From a virus (lineage: Duplodnaviria; Caudoviricetes): a stretch of 42,869 bases of DNA. The stretch spans positions 1 through 42,869 of the IMG/VR virus record IMGVR_UViG_3300028588_000040. One strand, written 5' to 3'. Of this stretch, positions 8,030 to 18,160 are shown one piece after another (the first letter of the stretch is position 1; the number at the start of each line of letters is the position of its first letter). A program made the translations under genes and the position numbers. Below the pieces are notes generated by a model, which ran no database searches, was not told the DNA's origin, and saw only the letters and a program-made list of their open reading frames with translations.

Positions 8030-11000
8030 TTAGATATACTTTAAAATCAAATTTACGCTCCCTGCAAAAGAATATCTAACAAATAATTCACATCCCGAAA
8101 CGTTATTATAAAAATCCCTCGTGTTAACCATTGAAAAATTACTCCAGCCCGACAAATTTATTAAACTTATTGGTATTTCATACTCAATCACCCCTCCAAC
8201 TTCTGCCGGAATTGTAAATAAAATAGGGTTCCAATCAAAAAAAGAATAGGATGCAGAGTTTAAAAATTGCGAATTATGCTTTAAAAAAACATAAGCATCA
8301 TTTGGACTTCCTAATAAAGTCCTATTTATACTTAAATAAGCTTTCATTAATGTTTTCCCGGCTGGCAAAATATTATCCGTTTTAAAAAATGCGTGTCCCC
8401 TTTTATTAAGCCATTGCGAATTACTTTGCTTTAGCAATTCCAATATAATTGGCGGTGTGGAATTACTTGAGTAATGTGTGGCTAAAACTTGGTTTCTTAC
8501 CGTTGTAAAATCCTGCCCGCTATTTCCTTGCCGGCTGGTCCAGCCGTTTATTTTGTTTATAGTGGAAACTTGCGCCAATAAATACGCTCCCGTTTTAAAA
8601 TTCCATCCGGCCGGATCAGTTAAGCCCGTAAAAACCACGTTTGCGGCATTTTTAACAAATCCATTATCAACCAAAATAAAATACTCCGTATTTTCATCAA
8701 GTACCGGTGTAAATGCTTTTGATACCGTTGCCCCATTGTAAACCATGTTAGCCGCTGTAAATTGCTGGTGCAAAATTCCGGTTGCCAAATTGAATACTTT
8801 TATAAATCCTGTCCCGGCTGTTACCGGTTCGTTAAAAGTCATTGAAAATAAACTACTAGGAACCACATTAACGGAATCATCAACCGGAATTTTAGATATA
8901 ATTCGAGGCGGTGCCGCCACATTATTTGGTGGTATTCTCAAAAATCCATCATAGCTAAAAATTCCCGTTACATTCAATGCTACTAAATAAGTTAAATTAT
9001 CTGGCCCGAACGGGTTAGCATATCCAACGGGCAAATTAGAAAAATAAGCCATAATATCCCTATCCGATAAACCCGCAATTACAATATTTGGCACTATGTA
9101 CTCTCTTAAAACCTCCTCCGTTATAACGTGCCTTAATTGAACAACTGCATCACCAGAACCAACTAAACATCCATTGTTTTCAATTGTAAACTTTAAATCA
9201 ACCGTTCCACCTTGTACCAACTGATTAAGCCCCGGAACTCCGGTTAATTCTACAAATTGAACATCCGGCAAAGTATCGCATCCATTTACAAAAAACTCAA
9301 AGCCTCCATTTACATCACCATCAATAAAACCGCTATAACCCCCGGTTGCTGTCGTTGCCGGAATAGGTATTAAATTACATACCGTAACTGTACTCTGGCC
9401 ATTTATCACCGGTATATTTACGGCAAACCCATCCTCATCAGTCATTCCGGGAATATGTATGCTAAAATTAACGTTAATTGCGTTTTGTGATCCAATATTA
9501 GAAATGGTTACACAAACGTTTGTATTTCCTCCGGCAACTCCATCAGTTGCGGAAATCTCAATTAAAATTAAATATGGAATAGGATAAACCGGCAACCCCG
9601 CAGAATCTGTAATTTTTATTAAATCTACTTTTGTAGATTTTCCCGCCAAAGGGTCAAAATCATTAATTGCATTAATTCTAAATTTGTGCTGCTCTTTGTT
9701 GTAATTCAATAAAACAGTTGCTCTGTAATCTTTTTTTCTATTGTCAATATTTACAAATCCCTGCAAATCCGTAGCTTTTAAATTAAGATATGCACTAACC
9801 ATTTTCCCTTCTTTAATTTCATTCCACATCCCGCCGTAATGTTTTTCAAATAATCCAATTGACTTGGAAAAGCTATCGAAATATAAAGAATTATAATTAT
9901 AGTTTTTTTTGTCGATGCTGTAAAATCTCGGAAATGTATTTCTAACCTCGTTTTCAAACTTCCAATTTTCTCCCGGTTCCAAATCCGTTGGTTTCCCTTC
10001 ATAAAATAACAATCTGGTTTTATAATCAATTTCCTCATCAAAATTTCTCATAACCGGCACTTGTGTTATGGTGAAATTTACGGCCGGGCTTTGCTGCATA
10101 TCACCCATCAAAGTAGGCCCGAAAAGTTCATTTTCATTTTCCGCCAAACTATCCTCAACAAATATATTGTCAATTGAAGCCTCAAAACTTGCAAGCCTGT
10201 AATCGGTTGATTTTTCTGTATTTTCAACCGTTATATCATTTGAATCCCTGCCATAAGCAAACATTGTTCTTTTTTCCATTTCGGTCCCCAACTCCGTAAT
10301 TTCAATTTCTTTCGACAAATCAACCTTATCACTCCAATCCAAAACCTTATCAGTATAAAACTGGTCCCGTGGCTCAATATAAACGCATTTTCTAGCCACA
10401 TCCGTTAAAAAATAAAGATTGAACAATTGCTTTAAAGCTTTAATAAAATCAAGTTGGCTAGTATCTGGTAAAAATCTTTGAAGGTTTACAACGCTCCCGT
10501 ATGTAAAATCCTTTTCATAAAGCTCATTTGTAAACTCGCAATTTTCCGCTTTTATTATGTAGTCATTTGGTGACGGCGTTGTATTTCTAAAAACAACAAA
10601 AACCCTGTCACCCGGATATAATTGAAAATATGGCGAAGTCATTTCAAAATTAAAATTATATGCTGGTTCCGTTTCATTCAGCAATTGACCAAACCCAATC
10701 TCCGTAACCGGTCCATTTACCAAACCATCTGGAGCGATTGTTTGGCCAGCCGTAACCAATAAAAAAGAAGCTCTAAAATTTCCTATTGGCGTTGCCGTTA
10801 CCGTAGCTTTAAAGTTAAATCGATATTGTCCGGCAACTCTAGGTATAAAGCAATTTTGCAACTCATCAAATAAATCACTTTCATCGTAATCCGTTGTATT
10901 TAATTTTACCTTCCAATACTTAAACAACACATCCGGATAAATAAAATTAAACACGATAAGAGGCATATAAGCCTTTATATCTGGCTCACTATTATGCAAA

Positions 11001-11980
11001 ATGGTTTGATCAGCCGTTAATTTTGCTTTAAACTTTAATTGCTGGTAAAAACTTGTGCTCAATTCATTGTTTTGAATCATTTTATTAAGCAAAAATAATT
11101 TTCTGCCAATGTTATCAATAAAATTAGATTGAACCTTATAACCCAACTCTTTGTAAATCCTTTCAACCAAACCCTTAATTTGAATTGCCAACGGCCTATC
11201 CGTTACTTTTACATGATCGCTCCCGGATTGCAAATAAAAAATGCCCGGCCCGTTTAGTTCCGGGGTTATATTTGTCGGTATGCCTACAATTGTACCAAAT
11301 TCTGAAATATTGTACTGCTGCAAAATTTGAGTAACAAATGGTTCCGAAAGTCCGAAACCTTCCAAAACAATAGTTTTCCCCACCATGTAAGGAACCGGAT
11401 AAACCGGAACTCCGGCAACTAACTCCTGATCAAAAAGCAAAACTTTTATAATCGATAACTCATAAGAATCTTTAACCCTAAAAACTCCCAACCTTCCATC
11501 ATTAACAACCGGGTACGAATAAATACGGCCATCTGTTACGTTTTCTGAAATATTTATATTTTGCTTTGTGTATGTATGCTCCTGGTCCGATAAATTCAAA
11601 TCCCTCAACCTTTTTTTATCCATCTTATTCCGCCAATCACCACTCTCCCCAATAATTGTAAATACATATTCCGTCACGTTGTTAACAACCGGCTTTATAA
11701 ATTTAACCGGTCCCCGCATTATCTCAACCCCTCCAAAGGTCATTACTCCCTCTTTTAAAGTTTTTTGATTTAACGCCCCAGCACTTGCAATATCATCCGG
11801 AAAACCAAAGATTTGTTTATTAATTTTAGTGGCCGGTACTTTTATTTCTTTTGTAGTACTGTTTTTCCTAACGTCAATATCATTAATATCCGCAATGGCA
11901 TAAGTATTGGCAATATTAAGCTTTTCAGCATTTCCCAAATCCAACTCTTTGCCGTCTATTGTTATTTTTAATTTATCCAT
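8030..11980 (-). CDS. Tail tip/hub protein with C1q-like, CARDB-like and Ig-like (Big_5/SbsA) domains
   Basis: N-terminus LDL..ANTYAIADIND..TTKEIKVPAT..NKQIFGF of siphophage tip proteins; MTFNEPV..LDENTEYFILVD..WNFKT Ig-like repeat. Confidence 0.75.
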   Translation of the reverse strand: MDKLKITIDGKELDLGNAEKLNIANTYAIADINDIDVRKNSTTKEIKVPATKINKQIFGFPDDIASAGALNQKTLKEGVMTFGGVEIMRGPVKFIKPVVNNVTEYVFTIIGESGDWRNKMDKKRLRDLNLSDQEHTYTKQNINISENVTDGRIYSYPVVNDGRLGVFRVKDSYELSIIKVLLFDQELVAGVPVYPVPYMVGKTIVLEGFGLSEPFVTQILQQYNISEFGTIVGIPTNITPELNGPGIFYLQSGSDHVKVTDRPLAIQIKGLVERIYKELGYKVQSNFIDNIGRKLFLLNKMIQNNELSTSFYQQLKFKAKLTADQTILHNSEPDIKAYMPLIVFNFIYPDVLFKYWKVKLNTTDYDESDLFDELQNCFIPRVAGQYRFNFKATVTATPIGNFRASFLLVTAGQTIAPDGLVNGPVTEIGFGQLLNETEPAYNFNFEMTSPYFQLYPGDRVFVVFRNTTPSPNDYIIKAENCEFTNELYEKDFTYGSVVNLQRFLPDTSQLDFIKALKQLFNLYFLTDVARKCVYIEPRDQFYTDKVLDWSDKVDLSKEIEITELGTEMEKRTMFAYGRDSNDITVENTEKSTDYRLASFEASIDNIFVEDSLAENENELFGPTLMGDMQQSPAVNFTITQVPVMRNFDEEIDYKTRLLFYEGKPTDLEPGENWKFENEVRNTFPRFYSIDKKNYNYNSLYFDSFSKSIGLFEKHYGGMWNEIKEGKMVSAYLNLKATDLQGFVNIDNRKKDYRATVLLNYNKEQHKFRINAINDFDPLAGKSTKVDLIKITDSAGLPVYPIPYLILIEISATDGVAGGNTNVCVTISNIGSQNAINVNFSIHIPGMTDEDGFAVNIPVINGQSTVTVCNLIPIPATTATGGYSGFIDGDVNGGFEFFVNGCDTLPDVQFVELTGVPGLNQLVQGGTVDLKFTIENNGCLVGSGDAVVQLRHVITEEVLREYIVPNIVIAGLSDRDIMAYFSNLPVGYANPFGPDNLTYLVALNVTGIFSYDGFLRIPPNNVAAPPRIISKIPVDDSVNVVPSSLFSMTFNEPVTAGTGFIKVFNLATGILHQQFTAANMVYNGATVSKAFTPVLDENTEYFILVDNGFVKNAANVVFTGLTDPAGWNFKTGAYLLAQVSTINKINGWTSRQGNSGQDFTTVRNQVLATHYSSNSTPPIILELLKQSNSQWLNKRGHAFFKTDNILPAGKTLMKAYLSINRTLLGSPNDAYVFLKHNSQFLNSASYSFFDWNPILFTIPAEVGGVIEYEIPISLINLSGWSNFSMVNTRDFYNNVSGCELFVRYSFAGSVNLILKYI

Positions 11981-13718
11981 TTTGGATTAATTTATTATTT
12001 GCTTTCGTGTACATTAATTTAACTTGCAACAATTTTTCGCTTTTGTAATCCTGTCCGTTAGTTTCAACAATTACCGGGATTATTTTACCGTTTTCCTCCA
12101 CATAAACCTCCGGGCTTTCATATATGGCCATTAAATACCTCATATTTTCATCCGTTTCATGCACGCTAAAAACTGTAAACTCATCACTACTCTCAATAGA
12201 TAAATTTGCCCTACCTCTAAAAAAACGGTTATTTTCCGGCTCTTTTTTATACTCCTCTCTTTTAACTTTTGTTTTTTTCTGGTGCGATCCGGTAAACGTA
12301 TAATCATCAAATCCCCCCTCCGTATTTAGCCAATAAAACCGGGTTTTATCCTTAACACATTCTCTCTCTGGATAAAACCTAAATTTTTCGCTTATAATTA
12401 CCGGTTCGCCCTCATCATTCAAAGTCTGTATAAAAACATCAGCATACTCATCACCATCCATGAAAATATCCGAAATATTAAAACAAAAACGGTTAAAATT
12501 ATTTTCCGTTTCATAATTCTCATGCTCAATTTTAATTTCAGCAATGCCAATATTAAAATTTTCTTGCCCCTGTAATTGCTTAAAATATTTTCCTCTTTTT
12601 CTTATTTTTTTTTGCTTTTTCAATCTTATTTTCACATACTCATAATTTTTAGGAAAAACAGTTACTTCTTGAAATTCATTATTTCTCCCCATCGCAGTTA
12701 TGATATTATCAAATAAAACATCCCTTTTATTATTCAAAATTCCCTCAACTATCAAACGCCCCGCACCTTCTGGAGCATTATATTGATCATCGATTTGAGT
12801 AGCTAAAATCCCAATAGGGTAATTATTCCTTAAATAAGTAGTTGCATTAAAAGTTATTTTTTTCGCACCCAATAATTTAGGCGTTAAAATAAAACTTTTA
12901 TCTGTCTTTAATTTTACAACCCTCCTATCAATTTCCCCCGGATAATCTGCTTTTTTTACATTCTGCATTTTAAAACCGTTTTGCGTGTTAAGCATTGAAC
13001 CTCGCACAACAAACTCATCATTATCATCAAAAAAGGGGAGGTTTTCACCTAAAAATCTAAAATTTTCCACAATATCAAAAAACGTGCTTATTTGTCGGCT
13101 CACTCCATCCCTTTTAATCTCAATAATGCCGCTTAAATTATTTACGCTTTTTTTACAAATAAAAGATAATTGTGTTTTTTCGTTTTGCCTTTGAAAAATC
13201 ACTCTTGGCCTTTTTGTCAAAAATTTCTTTTTTGTTGGTACGTTATCCAAAGCCATAACGTACTCATTTATTTTGTAGTTCTCATCAATTTGCCTCGCCA
13301 TATTTACAGCGAAATATTTTTCGCTATCAGTTCGGGCCTTGTCTTGGATAAATCCGTCATTGTTCCGGTACTCCTCAACAAATCTAATATAAAACTCCGC
13401 TATGCTGTTAGGTGTAGGCATGAAAATAGCGTTAGTATCGCTATCAAATAAATCATAACTTAAAACTGATTGCAAAAAACCATCAAAATTAAATTTAAAA
13501 TAATTTCGGCCGGAATAACTTATATCTCCAACATACGAATTTTGTCTTTTTGTCCCTACAATAACAAAATCCTCATCCGCTCCACGCCTTGCAAGAACCT
13601 CCGCCCTTATTTTCAAATCAACCCCAATCGCATCCGTTGTTACTTCAAAAATAATTCCTTCATAAGTGTAAGCCGCCAATATCTCATCCGCCGGAAATCT
13701 AATTATTTGTATTGCCAT
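11973..13718 (-). CDS. Putative distal tail/baseplate protein
   Basis: FYWLNTEGGFDDYTF and IYESPEVY motifs of Bacteroidota phage tail proteins; coupled to tip gene. Confidence 0.6.
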   Translation of the reverse strand: MAIQIIRFPADEILAAYTYEGIIFEVTTDAIGVDLKIRAEVLARRGADEDFVIVGTKRQNSYVGDISYSGRNYFKFNFDGFLQSVLSYDLFDSDTNAIFMPTPNSIAEFYIRFVEEYRNNDGFIQDKARTDSEKYFAVNMARQIDENYKINEYVMALDNVPTKKKFLTKRPRVIFQRQNEKTQLSFICKKSVNNLSGIIEIKRDGVSRQISTFFDIVENFRFLGENLPFFDDNDEFVVRGSMLNTQNGFKMQNVKKADYPGEIDRRVVKLKTDKSFILTPKLLGAKKITFNATTYLRNNYPIGILATQIDDQYNAPEGAGRLIVEGILNNKRDVLFDNIITAMGRNNEFQEVTVFPKNYEYVKIRLKKQKKIRKRGKYFKQLQGQENFNIGIAEIKIEHENYETENNFNRFCFNISDIFMDGDEYADVFIQTLNDEGEPVIISEKFRFYPERECVKDKTRFYWLNTEGGFDDYTFTGSHQKKTKVKREEYKKEPENNRFFRGRANLSIESSDEFTVFSVHETDENMRYLMAIYESPEVYVEENGKIIPVIVETNGQDYKSEKLLQVKLMYTKANNKLIQNG

Positions 13719-14175
13719 TATCCAATAATTTAATTGTGTTTTGTATCATATTTTCCACTAGCAAATATAATTGTTTTTCCGCTGCAACTTCAATCTTTTG
13801 CGATATTAAAGGCTCTGCCCTTTGTAGCGTTCTTGTTTGCCACGGGTCCGGCCTTATTCCATTTCTTTTAATTGATTGCTGTATTGAAAAAGCGGTGCCG
13901 CCTCTGAAAGTCCCACGCATTTTTTTATACCTTATCCACTCAACCAAAGAAGATAACGGAACCAATCGCCCCGGCCTTGTGCCTTGCTCTATTTTTGCGC
14001 CATAATCTAAATATTTCCCTTGAATATTAAAACCGTTTACAATTTTTAAAACAAGTACTTCCATACTCTTTTTTAATTTCCCGGAGGCAATATGCTCCCT
14101 ATCCTCCAACTCCTCCAAAAGTTGAAATTTTAAGTATTTCGCTATAATCTGTAATTCTGGCCTTAAATCTTTCAT
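13699..14175 (-). CDS. Tail completion protein (HK97 gp10-like)
   Basis: ASGKLKKSM, YGAKIEQGTRP, GIRPDPW motifs. Confidence 0.65.
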   Translation of the reverse strand: MKDLRPELQIIAKYLKFQLLEELEDREHIASGKLKKSMEVLVLKIVNGFNIQGKYLDYGAKIEQGTRPGRLVPLSSLVEWIRYKKMRGTFRGGTAFSIQQSIKRNGIRPDPWQTRTLQRAEPLISQKIEVAAEKQLYLLVENMIQNTIKLLDNGNTNN

Positions 14176-14186
14176 CTTTCAGCATT

Positions 14187-14669
14187 TTAAACTTCTGGAG
14201 CCGGGGTTATTTCTGGCAATGGGGTTAACTCTCCGCCCTTACAAGCAAAAACCCTAAATTTAACATTATCTATAAATAGCCATAAAGTATCTTGATTGCC
14301 AATTTTATCCTCATCCGGCTTTTTTGTAGGGTTTCCCACAATCTTAATACGTCCCTTTGATGCTGTCCCCAAATAATCAATAAACTCATCAAATTTCTCA
14401 CCCAACTCTCCCCACTTGTACGCCTTTTGCGACATATTCATAGTATCACCGTCGAACCTATCCGCAGCAAAAGCATGAAAAACAATATTATACTCCATGT
14501 AATTTCGCTCATCATCTAACCACCCGAACTCATCAACAAAATAATTTAAGTGATCAAACTCCACATTTCCCTCATTTATGGAACTTACAAAACCCATTTC
14601 GGCACTCAAAAAACCGCTTTGTAACGCACAAAAATTAACAAACTCTCTAAAACGTCCCGGTGTAATCAT
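14187..14669 (-). CDS. Putative tail terminator/completion protein
   Basis: Acidic 160 aa beside gp10-like gene; positional inference. Confidence 0.4.
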   Translation of the reverse strand: MITPGRFREFVNFCALQSGFLSAEMGFVSSINEGNVEFDHLNYFVDEFGWLDDERNYMEYNIVFHAFAADRFDGDTMNMSQKAYKWGELGEKFDEFIDYLGTASKGRIKIVGNPTKKPDEDKIGNQDTLWLFIDNVKFRVFACKGGELTPLPEITPAPEV

Positions 14670-14862
14670 AACCTTTTTCTTTTAACTCGTTAATCAATTC
14701 CTCAATTTTCTTTTTTATTCCACGTCCCATAACTTTTATATGCTCCCGTGTAACGGCCGGAATCTCACACGGGCAAAAATACTCCCGGTAATGGTCGTTT
14801 ATAGCCTTTCTCCCCTCGTTATATTTCAACTCTAATAAAAGCCCTTCAATCTCTTTTTCCAT
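14647..14862 (-). CDS. Hypothetical protein
   Basis: 71 aa ORF coupled in operon. Confidence 0.55.
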   Translation of the reverse strand: MEKEIEGLLLELKYNEGRKAINDHYREYFCPCEIPAVTREHIKVMGRGIKKKIEELINELKEKGYDYTGTF

Positions 14863-14864
14863 CG

Positions 14865-15126
14865 TTATTTATTCATTAATGCGCTGGCCTCATCATCCGC
14901 TTTGTTGTAAGATAGCACGTTTAAAAAATCCCACATATTTGCCCTTTCCGTTTGTTTTAAATTTCCTAAAACTCCGGTTTTTGAAACTTCAATTATTGAA
15001 CCATACCAACCAAAATCGCTCAATCCAGATCGCTCTGCCGCTGCAACTCCTTTAGATGATCCCGCATTAAATAAATTAGTTTTCGTTGCCTCGATAACGT
15101 GGAAACACTTAAAGTATAAAAAAAAA
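14865..15126 (-). CDS. Tail assembly chaperone GT extension (-1 frameshift product)
   Basis: -1 frame entered at G-T9 run (15118-15126); FGWYG..FLNVLSY; no good independent start. Confidence 0.6.
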
Positions 15127-15775
15127 CCTCCCAAACTATATCCATGGGTAAATCTTTGAACTTTTCCGCTCTTATCAATGCCTTTTCCTCATCATAAACC
15201 TCACCTTCTGGCCGGCAAAGTATCGCTACTATATTGGCGGCAACCTCATATTTACCGGCTGTTAATTCCCGTGAATTAATTTCTAAATCAGCAACCTCCG
15301 CAAACTCCAAGGCCGTAACATCTGCAAACGGTTTCTCATTTCCTAAAATCATACGGGAATCCGGCAAATAATAAGTTTCCCCACGAAATTCAAAATCTTT
15401 TATATTTTCCGCTTTGTAATCAAAAGGCGAAACAATCAAACCGTAAACGAATTTAAAAATATAATCATTATAAAAAGCCGTCCTTTCAATTGGTCCCCAC
15501 AAATTCACATCCACATCACTCACATCAGACAACAAAGAAATAATTTTCCCGTAAATTGCCGGAATCTCTTTAAACCTTTGTTTGTCGCTAATGAGCTTAT
15601 CAACCTTGTTATACTCATCCGCTTTTTTCTCATCAGCGGATAAATGATAAAGTTTTTTAAGATTGTCCGGGAAACTTTCAGCAACTTCCATTACTTCAAC
15701 CGCTTTCTCTAAACTTATTTCGCTCCATTCACTAACGCATTTATGCGTTTTGTCTTTATATTGAAATATTATCAT
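15020..15775 (-). CDS. Tail assembly chaperone G
   Basis: SEWSEISLE and AILCRPEGE..RAEKFKDLPMDIVWEVFF motifs; slippery T9. Confidence 0.65.
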   Translation of the reverse strand: MIIFQYKDKTHKCVSEWSEISLEKAVEVMEVAESFPDNLKKLYHLSADEKKADEYNKVDKLISDKQRFKEIPAIYGKIISLLSDVSDVDVNLWGPIERTAFYNDYIFKFVYGLIVSPFDYKAENIKDFEFRGETYYLPDSRMILGNEKPFADVTALEFAEVADLEINSRELTAGKYEVAANIVAILCRPEGEVYDEEKALIRAEKFKDLPMDIVWEVFFYTLSVSTLSRQRKLIYLMRDHLKELQRQSDLD

Positions 15776-15777
15776 AA

Positions 15778-16236
15778 TTATATAATTCTAGTTTTTATAA
15801 TGTGTTTTCGCCATTTGTAAACGCTTTTTCTTGGGTGATCCGGTGCGCTATCCATATCAAGCTCCTGTATTTTCCTTTTAATTTTGCTTAATTTAATCGA
15901 CTTGTTAACTATTCCGTTTAAAAAATAAGTGGCTTGTATCACATCGCTTAAATCATGCTTTAAACCTCCCTCAACTTTGAATATTTGCTTTTTTATCTTA
16001 TCAATAACACAAAAAGCCTGTTTATTTATTTGCTTTCTTTTTTTGTAAATAATAATAAATCTCTCATTTACAACCATTATTCTCTCCGGTGACAATAACC
16101 TTTGTTGCCTAAATGGCTTATCTGTCAACGTTCCGCCCCGCTCTAATTCAGTATCAAAGCTCCTTAACCTTCTGGGCTTGTTTTTTTTATGTAAAAATCT
16201 AATGTAGTCCCCCGCTTGAAAATCCGATAAATTCAT
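15778..16236 (-). CDS. Hypothetical basic protein
   Basis: 152 aa ORF in operon. Confidence 0.6.
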   Translation of the reverse strand: MNLSDFQAGDYIRFLHKKNKPRRLRSFDTELERGGTLTDKPFRQQRLLSPERIMVVNERFIIIYKKRKQINKQAFCVIDKIKKQIFKVEGGLKHDLSDVIQATYFLNGIVNKSIKLSKIKRKIQELDMDSAPDHPRKSVYKWRKHIIKTRII

Positions 16237-16489
16237 TTTGATTTATTTTTTTATTGTCCCTTCTTTTTTTTTGCATCAAATTTCTAATTTTCCGCTTTGC
16301 CTCTCTAGGCTCAATTTTAAAATATTTTTCCGGGTGAACTTCTAAAATAATTTTTCCCTCCGGCCTTTTCACCTCATAATCCGATTTACTTATAATTTTA
16401 TACTCATTTTTAAAATGCAAAATTAGCCACACTTTTTTTAATCGTGTGGCTAAAATTTTAGCATCTTTTTTTATTTGTTGCAAACTCAC
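16199..16489 (-). CDS. Hypothetical basic protein
   Basis: 96 aa, GTG start overlapping upstream stop. Confidence 0.55.
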   Translation of the reverse strand: MSLQQIKKDAKILATRLKKVWLILHFKNEYKIISKSDYEVKRPEGKIILEVHPEKYFKIEPREAKRKIRNLMQKKRRDNKKINQNEFIGFSSGGLH

Positions 16490-17433
16490 TATCTTAAAGA
16501 CTTGTTTAAACCCGTTACGGTTCTTTTTAACCCAACCAGCCTACTAATTGAAGAAATGCCTCCCTTTGATCGCCTGTAATCAATAGCCACATCAATTGAC
16601 TTTAAAAGTGCCTCCGCTTGCACAATTAAAACCTCAATGTTTTCCCGGTCAATCTCATCCTCCTTATCAAATTCCGGCTCCGTTTCCACAAAATCGGAAT
16701 CAGGATTTTGATAATATTTTGAAGTTTCCCGCTCCCCTTTTTTCTTTTTGCTGGTAATATCAATAATACCATGCTCTTTAACGTCCCCTTCTCTTAATTT
16801 TTGGGTTTCTTTTTCAGCTGATTGTTGCGTTTTTTTTAAGGCTTTTTTTTCCTTTTTAGCTGCCTTTTTTTCGCTTTTTGGTGATTGCCCAATTGAAGCC
16901 GCAGCCTCTTTACCTTTTTCGGTTTCACCTTCGATAAAAGTAACGTTATCTTTTTCCTCATCAACCTCAATTTCACGGGTTGAAATTTGAGAAACGTAAC
17001 TTTCATTAATCCACGGGTATTTCTCTGTAATGGTTTGCGCCTCGCTATCTCTTTTCAGATTTAAGGTTTTAAAAATTCTCTCCTCATATTCGCTGGAGCT
17101 TTCGGTTGTACCAATCGGGAAATGGTCAACTAGGTTTTCACCCGTAATAACCACAACCTCACCCTTTTCTCCCGTAATTGACGGCTCCCAATCCCCGGCA
17201 TTGTTTCTTACTTCACCATTAACCGCCGGCGAAGTTTTTGGGTCTTTTTTTTCAGCTTCTTTGCTGTCCCCTTTTTTGTCCCCCAACTTTTTTGCCTCCG
17301 CAATATAATTCTCAATCGTTTTTTGCGATATGCCCCAATCGGTTTCCTCCTCAATGTACTTAATTATCTTTTCAGTAGATAATCCCTTTGCCAACTTTTC
17401 CGCAACAATTGCGATTTTTTCATCTTTACTCAT
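16489..17433 (-). CDS. TerS-like HTH domain fused to long charged region
   Basis: N-terminal ~50 aa align by eye with 23425..23901 (WG..IxNYIAxAK). Confidence 0.7.
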   Translation of the reverse strand: MSKDEKIAIVAEKLAKGLSTEKIIKYIEEETDWGISQKTIENYIAEAKKLGDKKGDSKEAEKKDPKTSPAVNGEVRNNAGDWEPSITGEKGEVVVITGENLVDHFPIGTTESSSEYEERIFKTLNLKRDSEAQTITEKYPWINESYVSQISTREIEVDEEKDNVTFIEGETEKGKEAAASIGQSPKSEKKAAKKEKKALKKTQQSAEKETQKLREGDVKEHGIIDITSKKKKGERETSKYYQNPDSDFVETEPEFDKEDEIDRENIEVLIVQAEALLKSIDVAIDYRRSKGGISSISRLVGLKRTVTGLNKSLR

Positions 17434-17458
17434 AACTCCGAATTTTTAAATTAATTAA

Positions 17459-17701
17459 TTACTCTTGTGCCTCTGGAGCCGTTACAACTTCAAAATCCAC
17501 ATAATACTCTTTTCCCGGTTCAAAGTAATCCGCCGCATCCGTCCCGTTGTCGATGCTCAAATTAATATTACCGTTTGGCGTGTAGTTTGCAAAGCTTTTA
17601 TTTTCCTCTGATCCATCGGTAACAACCGATAAACCAACGTTTTTATTGCTTTCGAAACTCGTAACGCTGTTACACTTAAATTTTGCTCTAACTTTTTCCA
17701 T
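17459..17701 (-). CDS. Conserved phage hypothetical protein
   Basis: VRAKFKC..EENKSF..TP.G.I..FEPGKEYYVDF pattern recognised as a widespread small protein. Confidence 0.75.
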   Translation of the reverse strand: MEKVRAKFKCNSVTSFESNKNVGLSVVTDGSEENKSFANYTPNGNINLSIDNGTDAADYFEPGKEYYVDFEVVTAPEAQE

Positions 17702-17754
17702 AATTTCAATTAAATTGATTGTTATTTTTTGCCAAACACTCCAAAACTTTTTAA

Positions 17755-17830
17755 ATGATTATTATTTTAATTCTGGAGCATTCAATTATTATTTAGACTA
17801 CAATAATACGAAATGTTTATTATTAATTAG
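17755..17830 (-). promoter_or_regulatory. Three AATAATAA(T) boxes in intergenic region
   Basis: ttattatt at ~17759, ~17786 and ~17817. Confidence 0.45.
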
Positions 17831-17835
17831 TTACA

Positions 17836-18150
17836 TTAAAACTCAATCACCGCTCCTTTTACTTTTATTTCCACTTTGTACTCATCAATCACCGACAATT
17901 CCAGCGTTACCGGTTGATGTTTTAATTTTCTTAAAAAATTGGCCAACTTAAACCATTGTAACGCATTCATTGAAAAATTAAAAGTATCATATTCTTTTTT
18001 TGCCACGTCAATTATTTGCTCAATAAATCCCGTGTTACCGAAAAATTTAATTGTCCCCTTTTTTGCAGAAATAAAGAAGTAAGTACAATCTTTTGCAATC
18101 GCCTCATCAATTGCTTTTGGCAATTCTTGTGAATTAATAATTATTTTCAT
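17836..18150 (-). CDS. Putative beta-clamp (DnaN) domain I-like protein
   Basis: MKIIINSQEL..KLANFLRKLKHQPVTLEL resembles DnaN N-terminal domain. Confidence 0.45.
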   Translation of the reverse strand: MKIIINSQELPKAIDEAIAKDCTYFFISAKKGTIKFFGNTGFIEQIIDVAKKEYDTFNFSMNALQWFKLANFLRKLKHQPVTLELSVIDEYKVEIKVKGAVIEF

Positions 18151-18160
18151 TTTTGGGCTT

